From an uncultured Acidimicrobiia bacterium (GTDB taxonomy: Bacteria > Actinomycetota > Acidimicrobiia > Spongiisociales > JAENVV01), in contig CAVOQP010000006.1 in the NCBI GenBank assembly GCA_963698385.1, forward strand, positions 880,589 to 944,588: DNA of 64,000 nt. Direction: 5' to 3'. The notes under the pieces were generated by a model that made no database searches, was not told where the DNA came from, and saw only the letters and a program-made list of their open reading frames with translations. Shown piece by piece: positions 1-9,460 of the stretch (positions are counted from its first letter, which is position 1; every line of letters starts with the position of its first letter). Both the position numbers and the translations under genes were made by a program.

Positions 1-1
1 G

Positions 2-325
2 GTGGCGATCACCGTCGACCGGGCCGATGCCGACTGGACGCTGGACGTGGGGATGGTCACCCGCCTGATCGGCCGGGTCGGCCTCCACCCTGCCGTCACA
101 ACTTCGATGATCTGCGGGCCGGAGATCATGATGAAGGCCGTCGCCCGCGACCTCCTCGCACGCGGGCTCGACCCCGCCCGCACGTTCGTCACGATGGAGC
201 GAAACATGCACTGTGGGGCTGGCTTCTGCGGGCATTGCCAGTTCGGCCCAGAGTTCGTCTGCAAGGACGGCCCGGTCTTCCCTTGGCCGAGCGTCGCCGA
301 TCTGCTCCTGGTCCCGGAGGTGTGA
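2..325 (+). CDS. [NiFe] hydrogenase (group 3b-like) gamma subunit, PyrK-like FAD/NAD(P)-binding electron-transfer subunit, C-terminal fragment (gene starts upstream of window)
   Basis: C-terminal Cys cluster [10 protein letters not shown]...VCKDGPVF typical of PyrK/HydG 2Fe-2S domain; immediately followed by hydrogenase small and large subunit genes. Confidence 0.6.
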   Translation: MAITVDRADADWTLDVGMVTRLIGRVGLHPAVTTSMICGPEIMMKAVARDLLARGLDPARTFVTMERNMHCGAGFCGHCQFGPEFVCKDGPVFPWPSVADLLLVPEV

Positions 326-326
326 C

Positions 327-1082
327 ATGGCCCCGACACTCGCCGTCTGGAAGTTCGCCTCGTGTGACGGATGCCAGCTGAGCCTCCTCGACTGCGAGGA
401 CGAGTTGCTGGCCGTGGCCGGGGCCGTGACCATCGCCAACTTCCCGGAGGCGACCAGGGCCGTGATCGACGGCCCCTACGACGTCTCCCTCGTCGAGGGT
501 TCGATCACCACCGCCCACGATGCCGAGCGGATCCAGGAGATCCGAGCCGAGTCGGGCCTCCTCGTGACGATCGGGGCGTGTGCAACGGCAGGCGGCATCC
601 AGGCACTCAAGAACGGCGCCGACGTCGATGAATTCATCCGCACGGTCTACGCCCACCCGGAATACATCTCGACCCTCGCCACCTCGACCCCGATCTCCGA
701 CCACGTTGCGGTCGACCTCGAGCTGCGGGGTTGCCCGATCGACAAGGGCCAACTGCTCGAGGCGCTCGGGGCGGTGCTGGCGGGCCGCCGACCCAACCTC
801 CCGACCTCGTCGGTGTGTGGGCAGTGCAAGGCCAGGGGCACCGCCTGCATCATGGTGGCCAAGGGGATCCCGTGTATGGGCCCGGTGACCCGGGCCGGGT
901 GCAACGCCCTCTGCCCGGCGTACGACCGAGGATGTTTCGGCTGCTTCGGCCCTTCGGAGACGACCACACTTGCCAGCCTCATCGAAGCCTGGAAGGTCCT
1001 CGGGATGGACGATCGCACCGTCGATCGCATGTTCTCCACGTTCAACGTGACCGCTTTCGGGAAGGTGCGCCAGGATGCATGA
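327..1082 (+). CDS. [NiFe] hydrogenase small (delta) subunit, group 3
   Basis: Cys-rich FeS motifs ([19 protein letters not shown], CPxxxxGC); ATG 1 nt after gamma stop; 8-nt overlap with large subunit. Confidence 0.8.
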   Translation: MAPTLAVWKFASCDGCQLSLLDCEDELLAVAGAVTIANFPEATRAVIDGPYDVSLVEGSITTAHDAERIQEIRAESGLLVTIGACATAGGIQALKNGADVDEFIRTVYAHPEYISTLATSTPISDHVAVDLELRGCPIDKGQLLEALGAVLAGRRPNLPTSSVCGQCKARGTACIMVAKGIPCMGPVTRAGCNALCPAYDRGCFGCFGPSETTTLASLIEAWKVLGMDDRTVDRMFSTFNVTAFGKVRQDA

Positions 1083-2430
1083 GACGATTCGCAGGTTCGC
1101 AGTGGACACGCTCGCCCGCGTTGAGGGCGAGGGCGCGATGTACCTCACCATCGATGACGGCACCATCACCGACCTCCGGTTCAAGATCTTCGAGCCGCCC
1201 CGCTTCTTCGAAGCGTTCCTCGTTGGCCGTGACCACAACGAGGCCATTGACATCACCGCCCGGATCTGCGGTATCTGCCCCGTCGCCTACCAGACGAGCG
1301 CGGCCAACGCCATGGAGTCGATCCTCGGCATCGACCTCCACCCCCAACTCCGCCGTCTTCGCAGGCTGCTGTACCTCGGTGAGTGGATCGAGAGCCACGG
1401 TCTCCACATCTATCTCCTGCACGCCCCCGACTTCCTCGGCTACCAGGACGGTATCGCCATGGCGGCCGACCACCCCGACGACGTCCTCAGGGGTCTGCGG
1501 CTCAAGCAGATCGGCAACGAGATGATGACCCTGATCGGCGGGCGGGAGATCCATCCGATCAACGTCCGGGTTGGTGGTGTCTACCGGGCCCCGACCAAGG
1601 CACAGCTCGCCGAGAAAGTCCCCGATCTCGAGTGGGCCCTGGATGCCTCCGAGCAGACCCTCGACTGGGTACACGGGTTCTCGATCCCCGACTTCGAGCA
1701 GGACTACGAATTCGTCGCACTCCATGATCCCGACGAGTACGCCATCATCGGTGGCCGCATCATCTCCAACCGGGGGATCGACATCCCCACCGAGGAGTGG
1801 GGCGAGGTGTTCGAGGAACACCACATCGAGTGGTCCAATGCGCTCCACGCCCGGGTGAAGGAGCGAGGGTCCTACTTCGTTGGGCCGATGGCGCGCATGG
1901 CCCTCAACTACGAACAACTCCATCCACGGGCACGCGTGGCCGCCGAACGAGCCGGGATCGCAGGGGGGACTACCAATCCGTACGCGTCGATCCTGGTCCG
2001 TTCGGTAGAGCTCATCCATGCCTGCGCCACGGCGCTCGAGGAGATCGGCCGGTACGAGGAACCACCGTTCGCCCATCACTCCTCGCCGATGCGTGGGGGC
2101 GTCGGCCACGGGGCGTCGGAGGCGCCACGAGGCATCCTCTACCACCGCTACGAGATCAGCGACGACGGGTCGATTCTCACGGCCAGGATCGTTCCTCCCA
2201 CGTCCCAGAACCAGGCGAGGATCGAGGAAGACCTCAGGGCCTACGTGCTCGCCTCCCTTCACCTCGACGACGAAGCCCTCCAGTGGCAGCTCGAACAGGC
2301 AATACGCAACTACGACCCGTGCATCTCCTGCGCAACCCATTTCCTCGACCTGACGGTCAAGAGGGAGGGCCCAGGGACCAAGGACCAGGGACCGGGAGCC
2401 AGGGGCTCGGGACTCGGGACTCGGGACTAG
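1075..2430 (+). CDS. [NiFe] hydrogenase large (alpha) subunit, group 3
   Basis: N-terminal [10 protein letters not shown] (RxCGxC) and C-terminal DPCISCATH (DPCxxCxxH) Ni-Fe ligating motifs; 29-aa C-terminal extension after His. Confidence 0.9.
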   Translation: MHETIRRFAVDTLARVEGEGAMYLTIDDGTITDLRFKIFEPPRFFEAFLVGRDHNEAIDITARICGICPVAYQTSAANAMESILGIDLHPQLRRLRRLLYLGEWIESHGLHIYLLHAPDFLGYQDGIAMAADHPDDVLRGLRLKQIGNEMMTLIGGREIHPINVRVGGVYRAPTKAQLAEKVPDLEWALDASEQTLDWVHGFSIPDFEQDYEFVALHDPDEYAIIGGRIISNRGIDIPTEEWGEVFEEHHIEWSNALHARVKERGSYFVGPMARMALNYEQLHPRARVAAERAGIAGGTTNPYASILVRSVELIHACATALEEIGRYEEPPFAHHSSPMRGGVGHGASEAPRGILYHRYEISDDGSILTARIVPPTSQNQARIEEDLRAYVLASLHLDDEALQWQLEQAIRNYDPCISCATHFLDLTVKREGPGTKDQGPGARGSGLGTRD

Positions 2431-2433
2431 CCC

Positions 2434-2652
2434 ATGTGCCTGGGTCTCATCGGAGCGATCGTCGCCATGGACGGCGAGGGCAACGAGCGTCGGGCCATGA
2501 TCGAAGGATCACCCCGGCCCGTCAGCCTCCTGACCCTCCCCGAGGCCCGCCTCGGTGACACGATCAGTGTGCACGCCGGGTTCGCGGTCGCGGTCCTGGA
2601 GCGGTCAGAACGGAGAACGGAGAACGAGGCCGGCGCCACTCGCGTCTCGTAG
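2434..2652 (+). CDS. hypC: hydrogenase maturation chaperone HypC/HupF
   Basis: N-terminal MCLGIP hallmark (MCL[AG]IP), LPEARLGD...VHAGFA matches HypC core; 72 aa. Confidence 0.85.
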   Translation: MCLGLIGAIVAMDGEGNERRAMIEGSPRPVSLLTLPEARLGDTISVHAGFAVAVLERSERRTENEAGATRVS

Positions 2653-2808
2653 CACACGCGTTCACCGGACGCCACACACTCCCCCGGCTGGGGCCCAGGG
2701 CTCCCCAACGGGTTCCTCGCGACGATCGGGCGCCCAGGCGACACTCCGACGAATCTGTCAACCGGGAGGTTGAAGGCATCCCCGCGGCTGGCGCGTGCCG
2801 AGACGGCA

Positions 2809-2833
2809 GGGCCCCCTGCGGCGCAGGGGGCCC
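2809..2833. terminator. GC-rich perfect hairpin (gggccccctgc/gcagggggccc) between convergent hypC and anti-sigma gene; putative bidirectional terminator
   Basis: 11-bp perfect inverted repeat with 3-nt loop read directly from sequence. Confidence 0.45.
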
Positions 2834-2864
2834 ATGACCCGCCTCGATTCGAATCGGCGCGAGC

Positions 2865-3470
2865 TCAGCCCCCGAAGGCCTCGTCGAAGAAGGCCCTCAT
2901 CTCGGGGGTCGCCGGCGCGCTGTATCCGCAGTAGTTGATGGCACCATCCGTGGCAGTGATCAGGTACTGGTCTCCGGGCTCAAAGTCGAAACCGGCGATC
3001 AGCGCACCCGAGCCGGCCTGCCCGACGAGCACCACCTCGGTTGTATCACCCCCGGCGTACCAGCGATCAACCGCGAGGGTGACTCGGTCGCCCTCGACCG
3101 TGGTGGTGGTCCCTTCGAAGGCCACCGGCATCTCGGCGAGTACGGCGACATCGAACTCGAGGCAGGTCATCATCGAGCCGCCCTCACCGAGGGAGAGTTC
3201 CAGGGGTGGCCCGGCGACTGGTACCGAGTCCTCGCCACGATCGCCATCGAGGGCAAGGAACCCGACGACAGCGATGGCTGCAGCGGCGACCGCCACGATT
3301 GACACCCTCCACGGGCGTGTCCTCCGGGCCTTGTCGTGCGTGTGTTGGGTGCTGGTTGACATGATCTGCTCCATTCGGAATCTGGCCGACGCCGTCGTCG
3401 GCGGTTCTGTGGGCACTCCGGGATGCATGGGATCGAGTCGGCCGAGTCTGTTGCGAAGCTCATCGCTCAT
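2865..3470 (-). CDS. membrane-anchored anti-sigma factor (single TM, extracytoplasmic domain)
   Basis: 4-nt ATGA overlap with upstream ECF sigma gene; hydrophobic segment VSIVAVAAAAIAVVGFLAL; typical sigma/anti-sigma arrangement. Confidence 0.55.
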   Translation of the reverse strand: MSDELRNRLGRLDPMHPGVPTEPPTTASARFRMEQIMSTSTQHTHDKARRTRPWRVSIVAVAAAAIAVVGFLALDGDRGEDSVPVAGPPLELSLGEGGSMMTCLEFDVAVLAEMPVAFEGTTTTVEGDRVTLAVDRWYAGGDTTEVVLVGQAGSGALIAGFDFEPGDQYLITATDGAINYCGYSAPATPEMRAFFDEAFGG

Positions 3471-4012
3471 GATCCGTTCTCCTGGGTGCCTTCGAGTGCT
3501 GTATGTCCGGCAACGAGCAGATCCTGTCGGCCCATTTCTGTCGACAGCTTCTTCTTGGCGCGGGTGAGGCGGAGACTGGCGGCGTTGGCAGTGGAACCGA
3601 TCACCAAGGCGATCTCGCGCGGCTCCAACTGCTCCCATGCCCAGAGGCGGAGGATCTCGCGATCGGATTCCGGCAACCGACGCAAGGCACTTGTGAGGAG
3701 GGGCTGGTCGTCGGCTGCGGGGGTGTCGACCACCTGGGGTTGCGAGGCCAGCTTGGCAAGCAGTGCGCGGTAGCGGTTATGGCCCCGCCGCTGGTTCGCC
3801 AAGGCGCGACGAGCCACCCCGTAGCACCACGGGAGGACCGCCTCCGCAGGAACTTCGGGGAGCCGACGCCACACCGTCAGGAGCACGTCGGAGAGGAGCT
3901 CATCCGCGTCCTCTGCCGTGGCGCGTCGCCGCAAGTAGCGCTGCAACGGCTCATAGATCTCTTCGGCGATGGCTTCGAACCGTCGCCGTGGATCGGTGTC
4001 GGGGATACTCAT
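3467..4012 (-). CDS. ECF (sigma-70 family group 4) RNA polymerase sigma factor
   Basis: region-2-like segment DADELLSDVLLTVWRRL and region-4-like segment LPESDREILRLWAWEQLEPREIALVIGSTANAASLRLTRAKKKL; start chosen at MSIPDT (codon arithmetic from ORF track). Confidence 0.8.
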   Translation of the reverse strand: MSIPDTDPRRRFEAIAEEIYEPLQRYLRRRATAEDADELLSDVLLTVWRRLPEVPAEAVLPWCYGVARRALANQRRGHNRYRALLAKLASQPQVVDTPAADDQPLLTSALRRLPESDREILRLWAWEQLEPREIALVIGSTANAASLRLTRAKKKLSTEMGRQDLLVAGHTALEGTQENGS

Positions 4013-4207
4013 GCCAACAATCCGCCCCGGTGGGTGAATCGCCGACATTGACTCGTGAGTGGGATGGCTCGCCTCCGCGCCGCTTCCGGGTGTGCGTCGA
4101 ATCGGACGCTCGATCCGTGTGCTCCGGTTCCCGTTCCCCGAGAACCTCCGAGACCGCAATGGAGGCGGTGCCGAGGGACCAGTGCACCACTCCCTACGCT
4201 TGTTGGC

Positions 4208-4794
4208 ATGGAATTCAGAGAGGTCCTTCGCCGCCGTCGAATGGTGCGGCGGTATTCCGAGCAGCCGGTTGCCCGAGAGGTGGTGGAGCGGATCGTCGAA
4301 GCGGGGCGACGCGCCCCAGCGCGGGGTGGACACAGGGCCAGTCCTTCGTCGTTGTCACCGAACCCGCCGGGCGTGAGACCATCGCCGGCCTGGCCGGCGA
4401 ACAGCACTACGTCGACGCCGGATTCGATCGCTGGATCAGTGGGGCACCCGTCCACATCGTCGTGTGCGTGAGCGAGGCCGCCTACCGCCGCCGGTACTCG
4501 GAGAACGACAAGTACGACTCTGCCGATGTCGACGCCCAGGAATGGCCAGTCCCGTTCTGGTGGGTTGACGCCGGAGCATCGATGCAGAACATCCTGCTGG
4601 CGGCAGTGGACGAGGGCCTGGCTGCGGGGTTCCTCGGCATCCAGTCCATTGGAGAACTCACCACGTTCCTCGGCATCCCTGAGGATGTGTCACCCATCGG
4701 CGTCGTCACCCTCGGCCATCCTCTCCCCGACCGGAAGTCGGGCTCCCTGAAGCGCGGACGACGTACCGACGATGTCCACTGGGAGGGTTGGTAG
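4208..4794 (+). pseudogene. nitroreductase family protein with apparent -1 frameshift near 4316-4318 (pseudogene or homopolymer sequencing indel)
   Basis: N-terminus MEFREVLRRRRMVRRYSEQPV...EAGRRAP in frame 2, then continues ...SAGWTQGQSFVVVTEPAG...GFLGIQSIG in frame 1; junction in C/G run. Confidence 0.55.
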
Positions 4795-4818
4795 CGCCGG
4801 GTCGGGGCTGACGATCCG

Positions 4819-5778
4819 TCAGTCGCTGACGTGGGACGGCGGCGCGCCGAGGCTGTCGGCGAGGGTCCGGGAACGATCCCGCACGATCCGCTCGGCAATC
4901 GACTCGGCGGCGTTCTCGAGCCACATGGCCGTCTGGCTTCCTTCTGTGTAGTCGGCGGGCCCGTAGGCGTCGATGCGACCCTGCTCCAGGAGGCGGTTGA
5001 CCTGGCCGAACTCAGCAGGCGAAGCCGGCTTGTAGACGGCGAAGGTCTTCCCACCGTTCTGCTCGACAACACTGAACACCGGCACATCGGACGGCCCGTC
5101 CGCCACGTAGATCATGTTCTGGAAGGGAACCCGACGGTCCTCCCGCGCAATCTTGGAGTTCACGTTGATCCCGGGGTGCTTGTTCGTGCCCTTGTTGATC
5201 TCGAAGACGGCTCGCGTTTTCGTGGTGTTGTCGATCGTGTACACGATCTCCCGCAGCACACGATCGTCCTGGGCGAAGAGCTTCCCGGACTCCAAGTAAC
5301 CAGGCTGGGCGATCTCCTCGGAGAACTCGCACGCCCATACCTCCTCGAAGAAGGAGGCGGCCGTGCTCCCGAGGATCATCTGTCGCAGGCCGGACGACAC
5401 GACGTAGTGCTCCACTGTGATCCCGTGGTCGGCGTAGTCGGGATGGGACTCGATCTCCTTCTTGAAGAGGCCGAGGAACTCGGGCATCCCCTCGTAGAAC
5501 TCGATCTCCCCACCGAGGGAACGAAGGAGGTCGTTCGTGAGTCCGGCCATCCGACCCTCACGGACGTAGGTGAGGAGGTGGTTGAGGTAGAGGGTGTCCG
5601 GGTTGACCATGCCCGCGCCCCGGGACCGATAGAACTCGACGAGACCGTCGGCCTCCTCCCAGAAGGAGACGGGATCGATGTCGTAGCGCCGGAAGAGCGG
5701 CGCTTGCATGTAGCCGGGAATCAGGGTCTTGTCGAAGTCCCAAATCACCGCGATGACGTTCTGGGGGAAGATCGGCAT
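4819..5778 (-). CDS. HAD-superfamily hydrolase
   Basis: N-terminal DxD motif VIWDFDKTL; later GPSDVPVF/ADG motif; start at MPIFPQ by codon arithmetic. Confidence 0.6.
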   Translation of the reverse strand: MPIFPQNVIAVIWDFDKTLIPGYMQAPLFRRYDIDPVSFWEEADGLVEFYRSRGAGMVNPDTLYLNHLLTYVREGRMAGLTNDLLRSLGGEIEFYEGMPEFLGLFKKEIESHPDYADHGITVEHYVVSSGLRQMILGSTAASFFEEVWACEFSEEIAQPGYLESGKLFAQDDRVLREIVYTIDNTTKTRAVFEINKGTNKHPGINVNSKIAREDRRVPFQNMIYVADGPSDVPVFSVVEQNGGKTFAVYKPASPAEFGQVNRLLEQGRIDAYGPADYTEGSQTAMWLENAAESIAERIVRDRSRTLADSLGAPPSHVSD

Positions 5779-5922
5779 GGGCAGACAGGGTATCGGCACC
5801 TCCCCCGGGGGGGAAGAGGGAAAAAGCCGGTGGAGTCCCAAGTCCCGAGTCCCAAGGAGGTCGGCAACCCCAGGGGGAGCTGGATACCGGCAAGCTCTGC
5901 GTGACCCGGTAGCTTTGCGGGG

Positions 5923-6702
5923 ATGGACGCGTACTTCACCAGGCAGGACGCCCATTGGTTCCTCCCCACCGACTACACCAGGGGGCCGTGGGACAAGGAT
6001 GCGTGCCATGCGGGACCTCCCACGGCTCTCATGGCACGGGCAGTCGAAGCGCTCTTTCCCGACCTCCAACTCACCCGCCTCACGGTGGAGCTCATGCGTC
6101 CGATCCCGATGACCGGGTTCCGGGTGCAGGCCGAGGTACGGCGTCCCGGACGCCAAGTCTCGCTGACCGAGGCCGAGATACTCGACGACGACCACATCTA
6201 CGCCCGGGCTTTCGGCATGCACCTGCGAATACTCCATGACCTCGCGGTCGACACCGCCCCCACCCGGGTTCCTCGCCTCCAGGACGCGATCCCCGGGCCG
6301 TTCCCGATCACGCCCACCCACGACCTCCGGGCAATCAACTCGTCATTCGAGTCTCGTTACGACCCCGAGGGATCGTCCGGCACCGGAGGGCCGACGACGG
6401 TGTGGATGCGGTCACTCGCATCGATCCTTCCCGACGAAGAGGCGTCGCCCTTCCAGAGAATCTGCCCACTGGCCGACTCCGGGAACGGGATTTCCTGGAA
6501 CAACTACCTCGACCAGGTCTCCTTCATCAATCCCGACCTGACGATCTCCATCCACAGGCCGCCCGACGGCGAGTGGCTCTGCTCACGCGTGGCCTCCCAG
6601 TGGCATGCATCGGGGATCGGCACCGCCGACGCCGAGCTCTTCGATCGCCATGGCCCCGTGGGGCGGGCGACCCAGAACCTGTTGCTCTCCCCGACGATCT
6701 AG
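5923..6702 (+). CDS. thioesterase-like (acyl-CoA thioesterase TesB-like superfamily) protein
   Basis: paralogous to 38793-39629 (shared HAGPPTALMARAVE / HGGVVSALLNHAVE and C-terminal GP[IV]GRATQ[NT]L[FL]L motifs). Confidence 0.45.
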   Translation: MDAYFTRQDAHWFLPTDYTRGPWDKDACHAGPPTALMARAVEALFPDLQLTRLTVELMRPIPMTGFRVQAEVRRPGRQVSLTEAEILDDDHIYARAFGMHLRILHDLAVDTAPTRVPRLQDAIPGPFPITPTHDLRAINSSFESRYDPEGSSGTGGPTTVWMRSLASILPDEEASPFQRICPLADSGNGISWNNYLDQVSFINPDLTISIHRPPDGEWLCSRVASQWHASGIGTADAELFDRHGPVGRATQNLLLSPTI

Positions 6703-6703
6703 A

Positions 6704-8035
6704 TCATCCGTCCCCGCTCCACAACCCGGTCCCCGGGTTGAACTGGCTCCAAGCGAACCAGAACGCCTCATGCGAGACGACCTGCACCCCCCCAGCGAAG
6801 GCGACCAAGCCGCTCCCGTCCAGCCGCACGTCCACCCCCTCCACCTCCACCGTCCCCCCAGCCTCCAGGACCGCCACTGCCTCCACCACTGGGATCGCCC
6901 ATGCCACCCCATCGACGACGATGCCGAGCACCTTCGTTGACGCCTCGAGGCGGCCGTCGATGACCCCCACCGGGAAGATCGGCCCTCCGAGGTCCCGTCC
7001 GCCGAGCGGGTCCGGGTCATACGTCCATCCCAGTCCCCCATCCTCGGCGAGGATCGTGGTGCCGGGGTGGGCGGCCCGCCAGTCCTCCCACGTCGAGGTC
7101 ACCACCGGTACCTGTTCGAGGGTGTCCCCGCGGAGGGGGCCTGAGATCGCGACGCCGGCGAAGGTGTCGTAGTACGAGCCCGATACGAGGTCATACATGA
7201 TCTTGTTCGATCGTTGCAGAAGGCCGGATGTCCGAAGGACGAGACGATCCCCCGCCTCGCCAACGAAGAAGGCCTGGGCCGATCCGCACAACGTGCAGTA
7301 GGGGATGGCGATCTCCCTTCCCCCGAGGGTGTCGTTGACCAACTCGTGGAACTCCATCATGTGGCGGGGGTAGGCCCTCGCCTCCCCGTTCACCACCACT
7401 CCGAAGACGATGCGCTGCGGCTGGAGCCATCGTCCACCGTCAGCCTCGGTGACGGCCGGGTGGTCGAGGGCGGGGATACAGTGGCAGGCCAGCGTCGAGT
7501 CGAGCGGGCGGCGGTCGGGAAGCACGCCACCCCAGGTCACGAATCGCCAATCGACCGAGGACGTCGAGTCCCCGAAGAAGCCCTTCCATTCGGGTTCGAA
7601 CCCCCCATACAGGTCGAGTTTGAACCGTCGCAGCCAGTCGCCTGCCGGGACGTTCGTGGCCATGAGGTGATTGGTCACCTCGACCCACGCTATGGGCGAG
7701 TACGGATCCAGTGGGAGGCCGGTGAGGTCGGCCGCAGCTGCCACGAGCATCTCACCCACCACCCCAACCTGGTGGAACCGCAGAAGGTCGGCGATGGCCC
7801 ACCCCGCCTGTACATCGCCGAACCCCACCACCGCAGCCACCTTTTCCCGGGTGATGAATTCCCCGGAGGCATCGGCGATGGCGAGAAGGGCATCCGAGAG
7901 GGCAGGATCGATCTTCGTCGTGGTCGACACGGCCACCGGTGTGGTCTCGTTGGTGGTCGCCGACCCGGTGCAGGCGGCCACCACCACGAGGAGAGCCACC
8001 CCGAGGGGTCCGAAGCGACGAAGATGTGGGGACAC
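6704..8035 (-). CDS. DUF3179-domain lipoprotein
   Basis: signal peptide with lipobox VVAAC; segment RIVFGVVVNGEARAYP typical of DUF3179. Confidence 0.6.
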   Translation of the reverse strand: MSPHLRRFGPLGVALLVVVAACTGSATTNETTPVAVSTTTKIDPALSDALLAIADASGEFITREKVAAVVGFGDVQAGWAIADLLRFHQVGVVGEMLVAAAADLTGLPLDPYSPIAWVEVTNHLMATNVPAGDWLRRFKLDLYGGFEPEWKGFFGDSTSSVDWRFVTWGGVLPDRRPLDSTLACHCIPALDHPAVTEADGGRWLQPQRIVFGVVVNGEARAYPRHMMEFHELVNDTLGGREIAIPYCTLCGSAQAFFVGEAGDRLVLRTSGLLQRSNKIMYDLVSGSYYDTFAGVAISGPLRGDTLEQVPVVTSTWEDWRAAHPGTTILAEDGGLGWTYDPDPLGGRDLGGPIFPVGVIDGRLEASTKVLGIVVDGVAWAIPVVEAVAVLEAGGTVEVEGVDVRLDGSGLVAFAGGVQVVSHEAFWFAWSQFNPGTGLWSGDG

Positions 8036-8058
8036 GCTGCTCTCAACTCCACGAAACG

Positions 8059-8829
8059 ATGATCTCTTCCCCGTCCAATCCTCGCATCAAGCACCTCATA
8101 CGCCTCCGCAAACGATCCCAACGGGATGCCGAGGGGGTCACACTCGTGGAGGGCCTCACCGAGCTTCGCCTGGCAGCATCCGCCGGCGTCTCGATCAGGT
8201 CGGTGTTCCACGACCCGGCGCTCGCCGATGTGTCCTTGTTCGCTGGTGCCCATGAGGTGATCGCCACCTCCCCCGATGCCCTGGCGAGGGCGGCCATGCG
8301 AGGGTCGACCGAGGGCTTCGTCGCGGTGGTCGATCAACGGGAATGCTCGCTTGCTGCCCTCGACACCCACCCAGACCCCCTCGTGCTGGTCATAGAGTCG
8401 ATCGAGAAGCCGGGGAATCTCGGCGCCATGCTGCGCACCGCCGACGCCGCTGGCGCCTCGGCGGTGATCGTCGCCGACCCCACGACTGACGTGTGGAATC
8501 CCAACGTGATCAGGGCGTCACTCGGTTCGGCGTTCACGGTGCCCATCGGAGTCGGGTCGACCAGCGAGGTCCTGGGATGGTTGCTGGACCGGCACATCTC
8601 ACTTTGTGTCACCACCCCGGGAGCCGACCACTCGCTGTTCGACACCGATCTCACCGGGGCCGTCGCCCTTGCCATCGGGGCGGAGCATGCCGGCCTGAGC
8701 TCCGCCTTCCTCGAGGCCGCAGACCATCCGGTCCGGATCCCCATGTTCGGCACCGCCGACTCCCTCAATGCCGCGGTGGCGGCCGCCATCAGCCTGTACG
8801 AGGCGGTTCGCCAGCGCGCCCGAGCCTGA
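8059..8829 (+). CDS. TrmH/SpoU family RNA 2'-O-methyltransferase
   Basis: SpoU motifs LVLVIESIEKPGNLGAMLRTADAAG and GAEHAGLS...VRIPMFGTADSLNAAVAAAISLYE. Confidence 0.8.
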   Translation: MISSPSNPRIKHLIRLRKRSQRDAEGVTLVEGLTELRLAASAGVSIRSVFHDPALADVSLFAGAHEVIATSPDALARAAMRGSTEGFVAVVDQRECSLAALDTHPDPLVLVIESIEKPGNLGAMLRTADAAGASAVIVADPTTDVWNPNVIRASLGSAFTVPIGVGSTSEVLGWLLDRHISLCVTTPGADHSLFDTDLTGAVALAIGAEHAGLSSAFLEAADHPVRIPMFGTADSLNAAVAAAISLYEAVRQRARA

Positions 8830-8861
8830 CCGTCGCCCGGTTTGGTTCCCAACCGTGTTGA

Positions 8862-9419
8862 ATGGGGGGTATGGAGACCTGTCAATGGTGCGGAGAGGAA
8901 GTCGGTGAGGCCCGCCGCTGTCCGTCGTGCGGCCGCATCCAGTACAAGTACGCGCTCGATGAGGGAACCAACGATGCCGTTGCCGCCACGACGGCCAAGG
9001 ACGACCAGACGACTGCCAAGGACAAGGAGCAGTCGCGGATCGATGACCTCTATGGCCGCGAGGACATCCTCGAGGAGATCGTGGAAGTGCTCGGTGGCAA
9101 GCTCCCGCCAGAGCCGACGGCACCGACTCCCCCGCCGCTGCGACGGACGCCTCCCCCGCCCCCCGTGCGGGCGAATCGCGTGCAACGCGGCACGTCGGCT
9201 CGGCAGGGAACCACTCCCACCCCGGTCGACCAGAAAAGGGTCGCCGCGGGATGCTTCACATCGATCCTGCTCCTCGGGGTCGGCATCTTCCTCTTCACAT
9301 CGATCGCCAGCAACGGGACCTCGGTAGGCGAGTTCGACGCCGGCCGGGTTTTCACGATCCTGCCGGTCGTGCTCGTGGTCCTGCTCCTTCGACGTCGCCT
9401 CCGCGACCGGGACCGCTGA
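8862..9419 (+). CDS. hypothetical zinc-ribbon / proline-rich / C-terminal TM protein
   Basis: CQWCGEE...CPSCG zinc ribbon, PPPLRRTPPPPP linker, hydrophobic helix ILLLGVGIFLFTSIA. Confidence 0.4.
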   Translation: MGGMETCQWCGEEVGEARRCPSCGRIQYKYALDEGTNDAVAATTAKDDQTTAKDKEQSRIDDLYGREDILEEIVEVLGGKLPPEPTAPTPPPLRRTPPPPPVRANRVQRGTSARQGTTPTPVDQKRVAAGCFTSILLLGVGIFLFTSIASNGTSVGEFDAGRVFTILPVVLVVLLLRRRLRDRDR

Positions 9420-9460
9420 ACCCCGGGACGATCCGGATCGAACACCTGTTCGTGTAGTGT

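Noticed and set aside
189-1256. 355-aa ORF antisense to hydrogenase small subunit
   Set aside because: Arg/Gly/Pro-rich low-complexity translation typical of antisense frames in high-GC DNA; the sense strand carries clear hydrogenase motifs.
1042-2340. 432-aa ORF antisense to hydrogenase large subunit
   Set aside because: Same reason; no motifs, overlaps a confidently identified gene.
2371-2430. Heptamer arrays as a possible CRISPR array
   Set aside because: Units are 7 nt with no spacers and no cas genes; they are simple tandem repeats.
2840-2860. cgattcgaatcg palindrome that superficially resembles a tRNA T-arm
   Set aside because: Only a 4-bp stem; no acceptor or anticodon arm; lies inside the anti-sigma gene 3' end.
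3763-4794. 343-aa ORF as a single intact gene
   Set aside because: Its N-terminal two thirds overlap the ECF sigma gene antisense; only the last about 160 aa match the nitroreductase, whose true N-terminus is in another frame.
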